From Paraspadella gotoi (lineage: Eukaryota > Animalia > Chaetognatha), in NCBI GenBank assembly GCA_051294375.1, contig CM119271.1, positions 5,693,991 to 5,757,990 on the forward strand: a DNA stretch of 64,000 nucleotides, given 5' to 3'. Made by a program: the position numbers and the translations under genes. The notes under the pieces were generated by a model. It saw nothing but the letters and a program-made list of their open reading frames with translations. It was not told the DNA's origin and made no database searches. Positions 13,460 to 27,600 of the stretch are shown in pieces. How positions within the stretch are numbered: position 1 is the first letter of the stretch; every line of letters starts with the position of its first letter.

Positions 13460-13904
13460 ATACTCAGTGTTATTGTTTTTTTTTTTCCTATTCTACGAGT
13501 TCTATGTTCAAAATCTCGATTCTAATCTTGATTTTTTTTAATATATATATTTTTACATAGTTTTACTTGGTTCGGACCTTTCTTAATTCGTATTTTCTAA
13601 CTCCGAAAATTTTTGTTCGACATCGTGACCATTTGAAAACCACCGTTATAAAAAAATCACCAAACAAAAACGAGTAGAGATCTTAACATTTTGAAAACAG
13701 ATACTGACAAGACAAGACATACATTCTTATATATAAATTTCTTGATAATTGATTTTTTTTTGGAGTTCCGTAATGAGCGGCAAAAGATAAGGAGCAAATT
13801 TGAGCTTTTCAATCGGAAATAAGGTAAAATTCATTACCCGGAATTGTAGGCTCTGTAGTCGGGCATTGCATAAGTTCACCCCGCTTATAAGCATGACACC
13901 TTCA

Positions 13905-14110
13905 ATCGTGACCCGGAGGCTCATTGAGTAATGACAACTAGGTACCTGGTTCAATCCCAACCCGGTACCTACCTTGCCGGAGTAAAGCATATTGGGGGCG
14001 TAGAAAACCCACAAGCCTAGTTCCAAACCCAGGATTCGTTCCATGGCTGCTGAGGGGTTATAGAAGATACGGATAATAGTTTTCAGCCCCACTTAACACA
14101 TTATCCACAG
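13905..14110 (+). mobile_element. Possible tRNA-derived SINE remnant
   Basis: GC-richer island with a B-box GGTTCAATCCC at ~13948 and a weak A-box-like gaggctcattgag upstream; no intact cloverleaf. Confidence 0.3.
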
Positions 14111-17024
14111 CTCTGTTAAGCAATCAAAATCTCACTAATTTCGGCTAATATGGGTTTCGAAAGAAAGCCCTGTAAAATTTATTTAGTAATATCGATTATA
14201 ATTTTTTAAAGGTAATATTCCTTATATATATATTATAAATAATATCTAATTTTTTAATATTTTTTCTAAAATGTTAAATCATCTATTCGTTTTCTTTTTC
14301 TTTTTTTCTAGCTGCGGGTTTCAAATGGACACCATGTATATTTTGCAAAGGCACAAAAAATTTCTAATACGTCCTCTTTGCAGAAATTTACTCTTTGGCC
14401 TTCGTTTGTTTTCAGAATAAAAAGTTTTTGTCCCGAAAATGTTTTTACAATAATTATTTTCGCTGTACGCTACCGTCCGTAGACCCCCCCAGGAAAAAAA
14501 GTCACAATAAATAGTAGTTTTTAGGAATTATAATTTTCATTTATCGGAATCATTTTGCAAAATGATTTGCACAAATTTTTTTTACTTTTATTTCATTGGA
14601 GATTAAGTAATGACGATCGCTGAAATTTCTTCAAATAGTAAGGATCATAAAACGAATATACAATATGGGGAAAGATATCTCATAAGTTATCTTTTAGGTT
14701 ATACTAGTACAGTATAACAGAAGGATTTTTTAAACTAAATGTGTGGTAGGAATTTTTTTTATCTTTTTTTCGCATTCGTTGCTCTACATAAAGAAATGAC
14801 GACAGAAAAACAGCATTTTTAAAAAACATACTAAGTGTCCGTTCTCGAGTGATGCCAAAAAATATTTACTATACTTTAAATATCTAATAAAGATAATTTA
14901 TAAGTATATCATTAGTTTGAGAACTACTGGACGTTTTGTTTATTATTTGTTTTATGTTTTATTTATTATTTTAAGCAATTTTTTTTGTATAAGATAGTAA
15001 AATTAACAAAAAAGACCATTCTAAGATTGTACACTTGTATAGTAAAGAAAAAATTTAACTTCTAAAGAAATCCATAACAAAGCCATAGTCAATGGTCTAA
15101 TTAATGGCGTATCTAAATTTTCATATCATTCAGTAATTTTTGAGTGATAATTTTTTAATTATTTTTTTAATTTGTCCATCACAAGTTTCCTTTGTACCAT
15201 TCGTCCAATTCGAAAAAATTCTGCCAAGAGCATTTTTTTGACTGTCGTGAATAATTAATTCTATATCGTTAGAATTCCCAATTTATGTTTCATTTTATCG
15301 TGTATCTGAATTTCTATAATTTTAATTAATAAATGAGTGATTAATACATAATTTTTTTTAAAGAAGAACAGTTTTTTATTGAAGATGAAAATGCATGATC
15401 CTTAAAAAGTTCTTTCTTTACATAAGTAAAATAAACCCAATTCAAATGAAATTAAAATATAATAAGCTATAAGATGAGCAAAAATGTTTTTAAATTTTCA
15501 AAAAATAATAAATTAGGTATCACTCGCGAACGGACACGGGGAATGATTAAAAGAAATCGACTAAATCTGAAAAAAATTTAAAAAAGGAAAATCGATGATT
15601 TGAACAAAAATTGTCAAAGTTTAGCTTAATATTATTTTTTTATTTTTTTTACACGCAAAGAGTATGAGGATTTAATGAATTTACTAACAATGTCAAGAAA
15701 CAAAAGTCAAAATTAAGAATCCGTTTTACAAATATAAGTTTTCAGACGATCGATATTTCTTTTAAATTTAATGATATGGTTTTTTTGTCAAGGAAACATA
15801 TCTAAATGGAGAATAAACTACAAGGGACGCAGCTCGGATACCATGCAGTAGGAGGTTTAGGTTTAGATCCGTGCTGAAAGACCCTTTATTTGGGTTGAAC
15901 ATTAACAAACGAGTCTAATCGTAAATTTAAATAAATATTCTCATAGACTCCGGACGTAACGGATGTGATAAGCAGTAAAAAATGAATCGGCATCCACAAA
16001 GGAGGCCATAGACTTCTACAGAACGGGAAAGGGCGGAATTGGATGGCTATGTACGGAACACATAAGGCGAATATAGAACCTGAAACTTGTTGATTGAGAC
16101 AAAAATTGTATAATTAGCATTTGTCAGAACGTGATACCAACGAAACATTTTGAGCCGGTAACGTTTTAACAATAGAGTCGGATTTATATGCAATGAGCTG
16201 GAAGAATAAATTCAAAAATAAACCCTGTCGTATAATTCAGTTTAAAGTTTTCGATTAAAGCAAGTTGAGGAATAAGGTGGCCATTACGAAAATACGTAAA
16301 TTCGTAATAAATTCGTAATACGTAATTCCTCTTTTTTTAAAAAAAAATCCCGTTTGGCGTAATTTAAATCATTTAGATAAGCTTGAAGAATGTTTGAATA
16401 TCAACTTAAATGTATTTTCCTTTGTAACAATTAATAAAATTTAAATGTGGTATGCCATTGTTGCAAGCGGTGAATCAATCTATAAATAAAACAATAAATA
16501 TATTATGGTTAACAATATATATATATGGCTATAAGCGAAAGACTTTTTTGCATGTAAAAAAAGAAACATCTTTGAAATTACAAATTAGTTGTAGCTACAC
16601 TAAAAAATATCAAAAAACTATAATTACAATAATAAGAATAACTTCTTTGCTTAATTTTTTTGTTTAATTTTTTAAAACTTTTTTGAAAAGAAATCTGTTT
16701 CATTTTTTCTACACTTAAGCAGAAGATACAGTATAACAACTGAAGAAGTTAATTTTTTCTAAACTATTTAAACGTTGGAGTTTGCCGCGCAATGATTGGT
16801 TGCATATTGTGTTTGTATGTACATTAAAGCGTCGTGAAAATTATAAATTCAAAGTGGGTAATGAACGACATTTTACTAATCATAATATCAAAAAAATTTA
16901 TTATAAATTTGGCAATTTACGCTGTGGGCTATTTTTGTATATAGTACTAACCCGATAAATGTCAAAATTTCAAAGTCATTTTTAATAGGCTTTTTTTGGC
17001 AGATTTGGATTAAGTTTTAGAGAT

Positions 17025-17165
17025 AAAAACAAAGTTTCTTTGTTAACAAACAATGATTTTTCATTTAATAAAAAAACGAACATGTTTCGACAATTGTTTA
17101 GCGAATCTTCGTTTGTTTTTTTTTATTAAAAATCGTTATTTGTTTACAAAGAAACCTTGTTTTTC
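17025..17165. repeat. ~140-bp imperfect palindrome
   Basis: aaaaacaaagtttctttgttaacaaacaatgattttt / aaaaatcgttatttgtttacaaagaaaccttgttttt; contains aaaacgaacatgttt, as does 38753-38905. Confidence 0.65.
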
Positions 17166-17615
17166 TACCTAGATATCCACACGCAACGAAAGGAATGTTT
17201 AACACAAACTATTATTTTTTTTTATTAAGTTAGTCGAAAATCCGAAAACTTATACTTAATTTTCATACGCAAGTTTCACTACGCTCTAGTGTACATTTGA
17301 GGATTAGGTTTGGTTGACAACTCAAAACAACTTTTTAAAAAAAGTATGTATATCAGATTCATAGATATACATCAATCAAGATTTAAATAAAAATAAAAGG
17401 ATAAAGTAAAAGTCATTTAATAATAACATTTGAAAGTCTAACAATGGCGCTATAAACTGCTTATGCTATAAAACGCTATAAACTAGTAGCTTTTTTGATT
17501 ATATGGAAAGCAGTAATATTCCTCATTCTTTAGGATGCATGTTATCTTTTATTTAATCATAAAACACAAGAGTTATAATTAAAAAAAATAGTTATAATCC
17601 AATAAAATATCACAT

Positions 17616-20600
17616 TTATCGGGGTCTGAGCGGATAAGAGGCACTTTTTAGCGGCTCGTAGGAATGTATGTGAAGAATTTGTTGATTGTTTGGCGTGGAT
17701 CGTGGATCCGTCGTCTGATTGGCTGAAAACGCGGAGGAAGGAAAGCCCGTTGTCTGATTGGCTGAAAATGGGGAGGTTTGAAAGCTTGTCGTCTGATTAG
17801 CCGTAGGGTACGGCTGATTGGCTGGGAGATAGGGAAGGGCGACGTGGGTCTGATTGGTCATAGAATAAGGTGGCGAGAGAGTTCTATCGCTTGGACGATA
17901 GGTTTGCGGCGGTGGAGGTTGCTGATTGGGTAAAAAAATCGGCGGCTTCATAATAAACTGTTGCTGATTGGCTGAGAAGGGAGCGTTGGCGGAAGGGGGC
18001 GACTGTACAAAGTATGAAGACGAAAGACTTGGCTGGGTGGCACTAGAGCGGGCAGCATGGGCGAGGCCAGATTGGGTTTGGATTAAGTGGGCGTAACCGA
18101 CGGCAGAATATTCTGAAGGATGATCGGATGAAACGTCGCCCGTAGTGACGGAACGAAGTCGAGCCGTTTTGGGCGAACTTAAAAAAAAAAAAAAAAGAGA
18201 TTTATTGTTCGTGATCGATGGTCACATTAGTTTGTATAGCCTAACAAAATGAAAAGTAATCTTTAATTTGCCTCAATTCGTAAGGATTTTTATAAAATAC
18301 ATAATTAATAATGTAATAATTCGTTTATCGATTCATAGATCGCTTGAATTATTGACCGATTGAGTGATTGAACGATTTTAATTGATAGATTTTAAACTGA
18401 CTAGTCCGCGGGTTGAGCCAAGAAATCCGACGAAGCGGAAGAAGAAAATCTCGGGCGGGAAATTTCGGAGACGGAAAACGAATCGGGGTTGTGGCTGAAA
18501 TTTGGAAAACGGAAAGAGACACGGATAGAAAGTTGGAAAAGTGGAAAGTTAGATAGAAAGATGAAACTATGAGGAATAGATAAAGAGAAAGATAGACCGA
18601 AACGGACGAAGCAACGAATGTTTTATTTTTTTATTAAGTTGGTCAAAGTTTAGAAAAACTATAATTTTAAGCCAAAAATGGAAAAATTAAACCAAAATCA
18701 TAGTTTTTAACATTTTTAACCAATTTGTTAAAAAGGATTATTCTTTCTTATATTAACTTTTTGCAAAGAATTCAAATCCTTTTTAAATTTTTTACTTTAG
18801 CCTTTTTCTACTACTAATTATTTATAAATATAGCTAACAAGCTGTTATTAAAATATAAAATTTATAAACTTACCCAAATATTTCTATTATGTAAGCTAAA
18901 TATAACTTTTATAAAATTTTAATAATTTTAGTTTCTCATACTCTATAATGTTTACGCAATTTTAATAGAATCATGTATGCTTCAAAAATATCCATTTCCG
19001 ACAAGGAGGATGATAATATTTTTTAAAAATGGTTATCATCGGCGAATTCTTCTGACCTTATTACATTAAAATAATTATGAATGGAATTAAATATTTTATA
19101 TTTTGTTATCTTCGAATGCTCTATTGTACATATATTTTTTTTTCTCCGGCCAAGAAACAACATCAAGCAACAAAGAAGAGCAGCAGCATCGGCGAACTCC
19201 TTACCCGGGGGCGCTGCATCTTCGCGCCGACGAGGAAGTCATGACGACCGGCGAGGACGAGGACCTCTGGTGGTGATGAGTCGTCAAAATCTTGGGCGAC
19301 ACCTGGAATGAGGAGGAGGAGGAGGAGGAGGAGGATGAGCTGACGATATCATCACAGATGATCGGGATTTTAGATTCGATTTTCATTTCGATTTCAGGCC
19401 AAACCTACTATTTAAAGAAACGTAAATCCTTTATTATATTCGAACTTTTGATATCCGCAATATCGGAGATCATCTACCGAAAGATTTTGTGACCTCGCTT
19501 ACAGGTAATTTTTCCCTGGTCCCTGGACCTTTTCAGACCCGTCTTTTCACCGTTCTAGTCGCTTTCTTTTAGTAGAAAACCCTGACACTTATTATTCGTT
19601 ACTTTGGAAAAGATCGTCTGTATGGAACCGTAGTTTTTACGGAATCCAGGGATTCTCTACTTGTACATTATTAATTTCGCCATTTATTTATATAAATTTA
19701 TTCACGATTTATTCGTCATTTATTAGACGTTTACGACATTTGAGATTTATAAATCCTTGCTCCATGTTAAAGCCAGTTTAACCTACGGATCGATCGCGCG
19801 ACCCTCGAGGCATAGAAAATAATAAACATTTTCTACATCCACCGCCATCTCCCCGACTCACACCTGTTGCAACGTGTACGAGTAATCGTTTATCTCCTTC
19901 GCTTTGACGTCAAAAACCGCGGATCCGAAGGAATCCGTCCCGATTGGCTGATGCGCGAAGGGCGACCGCAGCCGCTGCTGATGCTGCGGTTGGGGCGACA
20001 GCTGCTGCCGCTGCTGCGGGCTACGATACTGCTGTCGCGTCGGCGAGGGTGGAGCGGCGGCGCTTTCATCGTCGGCTATAAAGAAAAAAGCACCGCGTCC
20101 CGGCGTGGGGGTGGCCAGTGGCGCGTTCGTCGGCGTCGTGGCGTCTACGTAAAAATCCGCGCCATTTTCGTCGGCTCCGGCGCTGGTACGACGCGCTTCG
20201 CGTTTCCGGTCGCGCGCCTCGACAAAGTTGGACGGCGGCGCGGGGTCTCGATCGACGACGCCACGCGACGTCAACCACGCGATGTCGGAACTGGCGCCGT
20301 GGACGGGGTTGGGATGTGGAAGGGGTTGAGGGGAGGAGTGACCCGACGGGAGAGAGCGAGAGGGAGACGCTCTGTTCAGGTTTTTCGGGATGAATGGGGA
20401 AGAGTCAATTTTGTACGCTGTTGTCTTCTATCTCGCTCTCAGTCTCTCTCTCTCTCTCTTTTTTTCTCTCTCTCTCCCTGTTCGTCCCTCTCGCTCTATT
20501 TTCTCCCTCTTTCTACCCCTCACCCCACCTCTCTCTGCACCTCCTCACCTTGACAAGTTAAGGGGGGACGGAGAGATGGTGGGTCGCGAAGGGGGAAGTC

Positions 20601-20698
20601 GATTGGGTGAGGGAGTGGAGGGAGGCGAGAGCGGCTGGGGTGAGGTGCTGTGATTAAGCGACGGATTCGGCCTGAATTGGAAAAAACGACTTTCATTT

Positions 20699-20795
<97 letters not shown>

Positions 20796-21524
20796 ACACA
20801 CTCTCGCACACTCTCTCACTTGTTCCCCCTCGGCCCTCGGAGCGCTTTCGGTCTCCCTCTCATCGGGTCCTCGAATCCCCCGTGCTCGTCCTCCGGCGTT
20901 TCCGGCGACGACGGCGTCGTGGCGTCGAACCTTACGGTCGGCGTTACGGCGCCGGAGGAAAGACCGGACGTCGCCGCCTGAAAAGCGCCGCTTTCTCGGC
21001 GAAACACGAGAGGCGATATCTTGGAAATCTTGTTCACGTCTCCGGCGCTCCTAAGTTGAAAAGTTTAGAATCAGATTTTTAAAATTTTTTTTTTTGTTTT
21101 AAATTTGTTTTTGTTAAAAATCATAAACAAACAAGGACGCTTTCCAGCGTTTAATCAGTCGCGAGGTATGATTATTAATGAAAATAAAAATGTTTTAAAA
21201 TTTTTTCTTCACTCTTCCTACAGTTATATACTTATACTAAGAATAATATTTGAAAAAATAACCTGGACTTGTGAACGGGCTTTCCGACTCCGACACCGCT
21301 CTCGAACTGATCCGGCATGATCAAACCCAACCCTTTCTTCACGATCCGTTTGAGTCGGTCGCGCCGCTTTCCCCGGCGTCGGGCGGAGGCGCCGCCAGCG
21401 GCGCCGCCAGAGTCCACGTCGTCGTCCTCGGTCGTCGAAGAGAACATCTCCTCGCTTCCGTTGAAGGAATCCTGATTGGAGGAGAGAGGGAAATGAGAGG
21501 ATCTATTGAGAGAGGGAAAGAGGA

Positions 21525-21609
<85 letters not shown>

Positions 21610-24608
21610 GAGATACAAGGACAAACAGACTCACAAAGACAGAAACAGACAGACGGACAAAGACCGAGACAAAAGACAGATTCACAAAAAGACAGATTCA
21701 CAAGAGTGACAGACAGACAAACAGAATGATAGACACAACGTCCTCACGTTTCTCGATTCGGCCTGCAGCCCTCTTGGTTCGCTCGACGATCCCTTGGACA
21801 GTTCCGAGTCGGAGTGCTCCCTCGTCGGCGGAGTCGACGTCGGCGGGTGCAGCGGCTCGTCCGCGTCGGGGAAGTGAGGGGAAGGATCTTCGCAGGAGAA
21901 GCTGCGGTTGGTCGTCGTTAGCCTTGAGATGGGGAGAGAGGGGGGGGTAGTGGAGAGAGGGGAAGGGAAGAGGGGAAGAGAAGAGAGGGGAAGGGGAGAG
22001 AGGGTAAGTGAAGAGATGGGAAGGGAGGAAAATAGTTTGAAGATTTCTTTAAGATAAAGAAAAAACGGACTTGTCCGCAGCGCGTTTCTTACCTGGAGGG
22101 TGTCAGCTGATTCGGCAGAGTGTAGCTCTGTCTCATCTGCAAATTAGTGACGCACTTCTCGGTGGACAAAGTTGGCCCGCCTACGTTGTTCTCCACGTAT
22201 CTGTGCATTCAGTACAAAATTAAAGTTTTAATCTTTATATGAATGCAAAGTCGAGCAGGTACAGCTTACGTAGTTGGTTCGATCTGTACATTGTTGTGGA
22301 TTTTGTTCAAAACACGTTAAATTCCCCCACCTGATAAACTCTTTCTCTCCATCCTCCAAAGGTAGCCGCATCATCTCGAGTTGCGTCTGAAGATGATTCG
22401 ACTTGCTCGACGGCGGCGGCGACGCCAACGATCCGATCGGCGCCGGGGGCGCCGTTGACGATCGAGGCTTTCGCTGGAATTCCGACGCCGACGCGTAATC
22501 CGTAAAATGGGGTGGTGTCAAACGACGCCGTGAAATGTCTAAAATGTAAATTAATTTAATTGACACTAATTTAATTTAAAATTTATCGCAGCTTGACACT
22601 TGTCTTAGCTTCGGAAAAATCTAATCATCTTTCCGGATATATATAAAATTATACATACACGAGACGTAATATTGAACGTATGCATGTATAGCTACAATTA
22701 ATCGGTTTTTCGAAAGTTTTAAAGTTTCACTTGTTCCTTCAATGTACAGAGACATACCCGCGTCTACGGGAGTGGAATGAGACGCCAACGGCGAATGACG
22801 CCCGTATCGTGGAATCAACGCGTTAGTTGTGGGTGATGAACGAGAGGAGCGCTGTTGTCGTGGCCGATGCCGAGACGTCAAAAGCCTGACAAAAGGCAAT
22901 CGATTTTCTTTACCAGATACCGGCGTCTGTATTTTTCTTTGATTTTCGAATCAGATCATTTCTATCGGAACATTTCTGCGGGCCTTATTTTTTAACAAGA
23001 ACCGCTCTAGGTAAAAAGCATCGTATAAATTTTAAATCTTATAGGTATGGATTAATCTTTATTTTTCCCCGGGTTTTAGTAAAACGTGTCGTGACTTTTC
23101 AAAATTAGTGTCAAAGATGATGTCAGTGATGACGTCGATTATAACATCAAACGGACGACGATGATTGTGATTCACCGACTTATCGACACTGAATGTTCAA
23201 ATCGTGAGACCCACATTAATACGGCGTTGAGAGGCGAGGAGAGATTAGGACTGAAATCGACGGCGATAAGTTAGGTATCCAAAATACATATTTATATTAG
23301 CCGCCGGGATCATCCTTAAAAAGCCGGAACGAGCTTGAGGGAAGGGGAACATTAAGCGTGAAAACTCGCAAAAAAAAAATCATTATGGATTCGTCCCTTT
23401 TCAACTGTGCCAAATCACGATATAAAAATAAAAATTGTTCACACACGACAAATAAATTGTTTCCGTGGCAAAACGAACCTCATGCTTTACTACATTTAAA
23501 AAAAAAAACTATTTTCCGCCGGCCCCTTCCCCCCAACAAAAAAAAAAACAAAAAACAAAAAACTCCATCTCAAAAATAAACTTACTTTTTAACGTAATAA
23601 CGTAACAACTTGGTTCTTGACATAACGAATTTAGATAAGAAAGAAGAGGAAGAAGAGGAAGAGGAGGAAGAGAGAGAGGCGGAGGAAAGAGGAGGAGGAA
23701 GAGAACGACAAGGAGAGGAAGAAGGAGAGGGAGGAAGAGAAGGGATGGGAGGAGGAGAGGGAGAGGCGTCGAGGGAGGAAGGAGGACGAGAGGAGAGAGA
23801 GATTTCCGGAGTAGAAGGAGGAGGAGGAGGATAGACGAAGCTGAAGACGGTCGGAGGCCGTCGATGGGAAGAGGACGAAGACGAGGTGGAAATGAGGGAG
23901 GAGGGACGAGAGGGAGGGGGGGAGAGGGAGTGAGGAAAGACGTCGGCGAAGAGCGAGGAAGTTCCGGAGGACGGTCTCGAGGGCGTAGGACCGGGAGAAG
24001 GAGAGAGGAGAGAAGAGGGTCGAGAGGATGGTCCGGAGGATTCGAAGAAGAGAAGGCAATTGGCTGAAGAGGAGTTTGAAAGAATTCTCCGTCGCGAAAG
24101 AACTTGACGGGAGTGTTGGATAGTGGAAGACGTGGGAGGAGGAGGAGGGGGAAAGGACGCAGTGGTAGAGGGGGGATGATACATTGGAAGAGGAAAAACA
24201 TCCTCCAGAGACGAAGACGAAAAGTAGGAGGAAGTTTTGGACGTAAGACGCTCGAAAGAGGGCTCCACTGAGGATAACGTTAACGGCGTAACAAAGTTGT
24301 CCGCGGTGTTGATTTTGTAAATGTCATCGTTGTCGTTATCAGCGGCGAAAGCATCGTCTTGGAGCAGGTCGTCGACGACAGGCTCGACGTAGGGCGGGGC
24401 GTTTCGAGATCGGAGAGGATCGTCCGCGAAAAAGCGAGGCGAGGAAGATCGAAGAGGGAGAGAGGGAGGAGGCGGAGGAGCGAGATTCGGCGGAGGTGGA
24501 GGCGTAGGGAGAGGAAGAGAGGTGGGAGAGAACGTGCCCGAGTCTGGAGACGCCGGAGTCGTCGGCAAAGATGACGGCGGGGGCGTAGAGGGGGCGGGAG
24601 ACGGGAGA
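17616..24608 (-). CDS. Low-complexity Ser/Pro-rich C-terminal exons continuing the TTC41-like frame
   Basis: Twelve exons with canonical splice sites whose phases join in frame from the last TPR exon to the stop at 17616-17618. They coincide with ORF-track segments 23582-24823, 22621-22899, 22228-22566, 21232-21624, 20816-21037, 19858-20274, 19201-19386 and 17616-17951. Confidence 0.7.
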
Positions 24609-27600
24609 CTGTTGGAGGCGAAAAAGAAAAAAAAGAGGCAGAAAAAGATAAAGGAAAAAAGAGGAAGAAAAAGAAAGAATCGGTGGGAAAAAAAAAGAGT
24701 AAACCGAAAAAAGAGGAAAAGAGAATCAAAGAATAAGAAAATAGATGTAAACGAATGACATAAAAATAGCGAATGGAAATTTGTCCATGAGGAAAAAAAA
24801 GAGAAAGAAGGAAACACTATCAAAAAAAGGGATTGTTACGAAAATAGTGCTTTTCGACTAGCGTGTCTAAACGAAACTAAATTCCACTATTGGTAGCTTT
24901 TTTTAACATTTGCTTGGCATTAACTTAACCATAAGCCTAGTACTTTTTTTTCTCTCCGGCTTACCAAAGTTTTTAAACTTGTTGAGTAATTTTTTTTGCC
25001 ACATATAACCCCCCGCAAAAAAAACCAATTGTGTCCTTTTATTTATTTGTTAAAAGTAATTTCTATTTTTACTAGTATTTTGTTTTCGCACTTGTTTTCC
25101 ATTTTGTCATCGGCTTTTGTTTACATTGTCCTTATCTATGGGATGCAATTCATTCCTTGCAACGCTTTTGCGGTTGTCTAATGTTTTCGTCGTCATGGTT
25201 GCAAAGTCAGCAGACAAACAAATTACATTTTTTGCTATAGATTCTAACGATAGGCTAATGCGCTTACACCAAACAAACTAAGTTTTATGTACGCTAATAT
25301 CTACGTGCAAATATCCGGTTTAATTTCTTTTTAACAAATTTGACCGTTCAATTGCAGTTAAGAATCTACGAAAAATTATGAATTTTATAAAACTAAATAA
25401 TAAAAAGTAACCCCTAATGTCGCTTGTGGACAAAGTCATATTCAATTTTAAGAAGAATCAGAGCACAGAACAACTTACCGGTCAACATCGAGCAGATATC
25501 TTGAGACGGCCATTGCGCATGCGTGACCCGCGCCGAGACTCTTCGTCCGGATATCCAGGGCGCGTTGGAGCAAAGCACGGGCCTCCCCCATGCGCTCTTC
25601 AGGGGTCCCCGACTCTGTCACGTGCTGGGGTAGAATGAAAAATGGGATAGGGGTGTCAATATAGGTGGTTCGCTAATTGCGGGAAGGGGGGAAAAGAAAT
25701 TAATCTTTGCAATGAAGACTGCTAAAGTTGTTCGGGAGATCGTTCTTTAATTTAAAAACAAAATGTTTTAAAGTCCCTGAACAAGTCAACATGTCTTTAG
25801 CGACAGTCAAAATGAAAGCCACAAAAAAAAATAACAACATTTGAAAAGTTTAGGTTACACAAATAATTCTAAAACCGATGTTTAATTTTTAAGTATAATG
25901 AACAATTGGACATTGAACATACCTGAACCAATTGTTCCAAACCGGGAATAGAAATGGAAAGAGGTTTCGGTGGGATTTTTCCGTTCATCTGGATTAGCAA
26001 TTTGCCTGTCAAAGAATATCAAGCTTGTATTGTACAATTATATTCAGGGTTGGTAAAAAACTGGGTTTTTATAAAAAATTTTAAAAAAATAAAAAAAAAA
26101 CCCAGCCCCACTGTTTTGTGTTTTTTTTAAATATTAAAATATTAGTTTTTTTTGGGTGGGTTTTTTAATGCCAACCCTAATTGTAATTATAAAGAATTAG
26201 GTTAAAATCGCAATTAATAGTTTTAAATATTTGATAATAATATTAATGAAATGACTCACCGAGTTCGAAGCATGTTTCGGCGAGGTGGAGATGATCGTGT
26301 CCCAAACATCTTTCGCGAACGTCGATGCATTTCCGGAAGAAAGCCTCGGCGCAGTGCTGGTCTTGCTTGGGGTTCGCTGGGAAAAGATTAGATTCGATTA
26401 AACGAGAATACTCAAAAACGCAGGCTTCTTGTGAACAAATATTAAACTTGAAGACTATGGCCTAGTTGGACACCCGGCAACTCTTTTCAATTTTAACTTT
26501 TTCAAACACTAGCAAAGGATCGACAAAAAAAAACAATTTTCTTATATTTTAGCTTTAAAGGAGTCAAGCTAACCCTCTACTGTAGGCTTGCTACCTTTAT
26601 CAGCAAGGAGTCTGGCTAAGTCGTGCTGGACATCAATGACGAGCGGGTGCGACCGTCCAAACCATTGCATTCGTCTGTCGATTGATTCGGTGAAATGATC
26701 CTCCGACTCGGAAAACCGCTTCTGACGCCACCTGCGAAAAACGGAAAAAATTTAAGTTGAGAATAATAAATAAACAATTGTAAAACCATAACAAACGGGA
26801 AAGACCGACTGACCGACAGACGAATAGTGTTTATAGAGTTGCAACTAAAAACGCTACAGTCTGTCTCTCCGCCCTCGTCATGCCTCACCTTAACAGCGCC
26901 ATGTTGTGATGCACCCCCGCCATGCCAGTCTGATTCCCAGCTCTCACCATATCTCACCTTAACAGCCCCATGTTGTGATGCACCCCCGCCATGCCAGTCT
27001 GATTCCGCATGCTATCGCCCATATCTCACCTTAACAGCGCCATGTTGTGATGCACCCCCGCCATGCCAGTCTGATTCCCAGCTCTCACCATATCTCACCT
27101 TAACAGCCCATGTTGTGATGCACCCCCGCCCATGCCAGTCTGATTCCCAGCTCTTCGTCCATATCTCACCTTAACAGCGCCATGTTGGCAAGCCACACCC
27201 CACCATGCCGGTCTGGCTCTCAACCCTCGTCATGCCTCACTTAACAGCGCCATGTTTGATGCACCCCCCCGCATGCCGGTCTGTCTCTCAACCTCGTCAT
27301 GCCTCACCTTAACAGCACCATGTTGTGATGCACCCCCGCCATGCCAGTCTGGCTCTCCGCCCTCGTCATGCCTCACTTTAACAGCGCCATGTTGTGATGC
27401 ACCTCGGCATGCCAGTCTGCTCTCCGCCTCGTCAAGCCTCACCTTAACAGCGCCATGTGTGATGCACCCCCGTCATGCAGTCTGGCTCTCCGCCCTCGTC
27501 ATGCCTCACCTTAACAGCGCCATGTTGTGATGCACCCCCGCCATGCCAGTCTGATTCCCAGCTCAGCCATATCTCACCTTAACAGCGCCATGTTGTGATG

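Noticed and set aside
15820-16090. Possible SINE head plus RTE-like 3' tail
   Set aside because: The resemblance is too weak: no clear A/B boxes and no second copy in the window.
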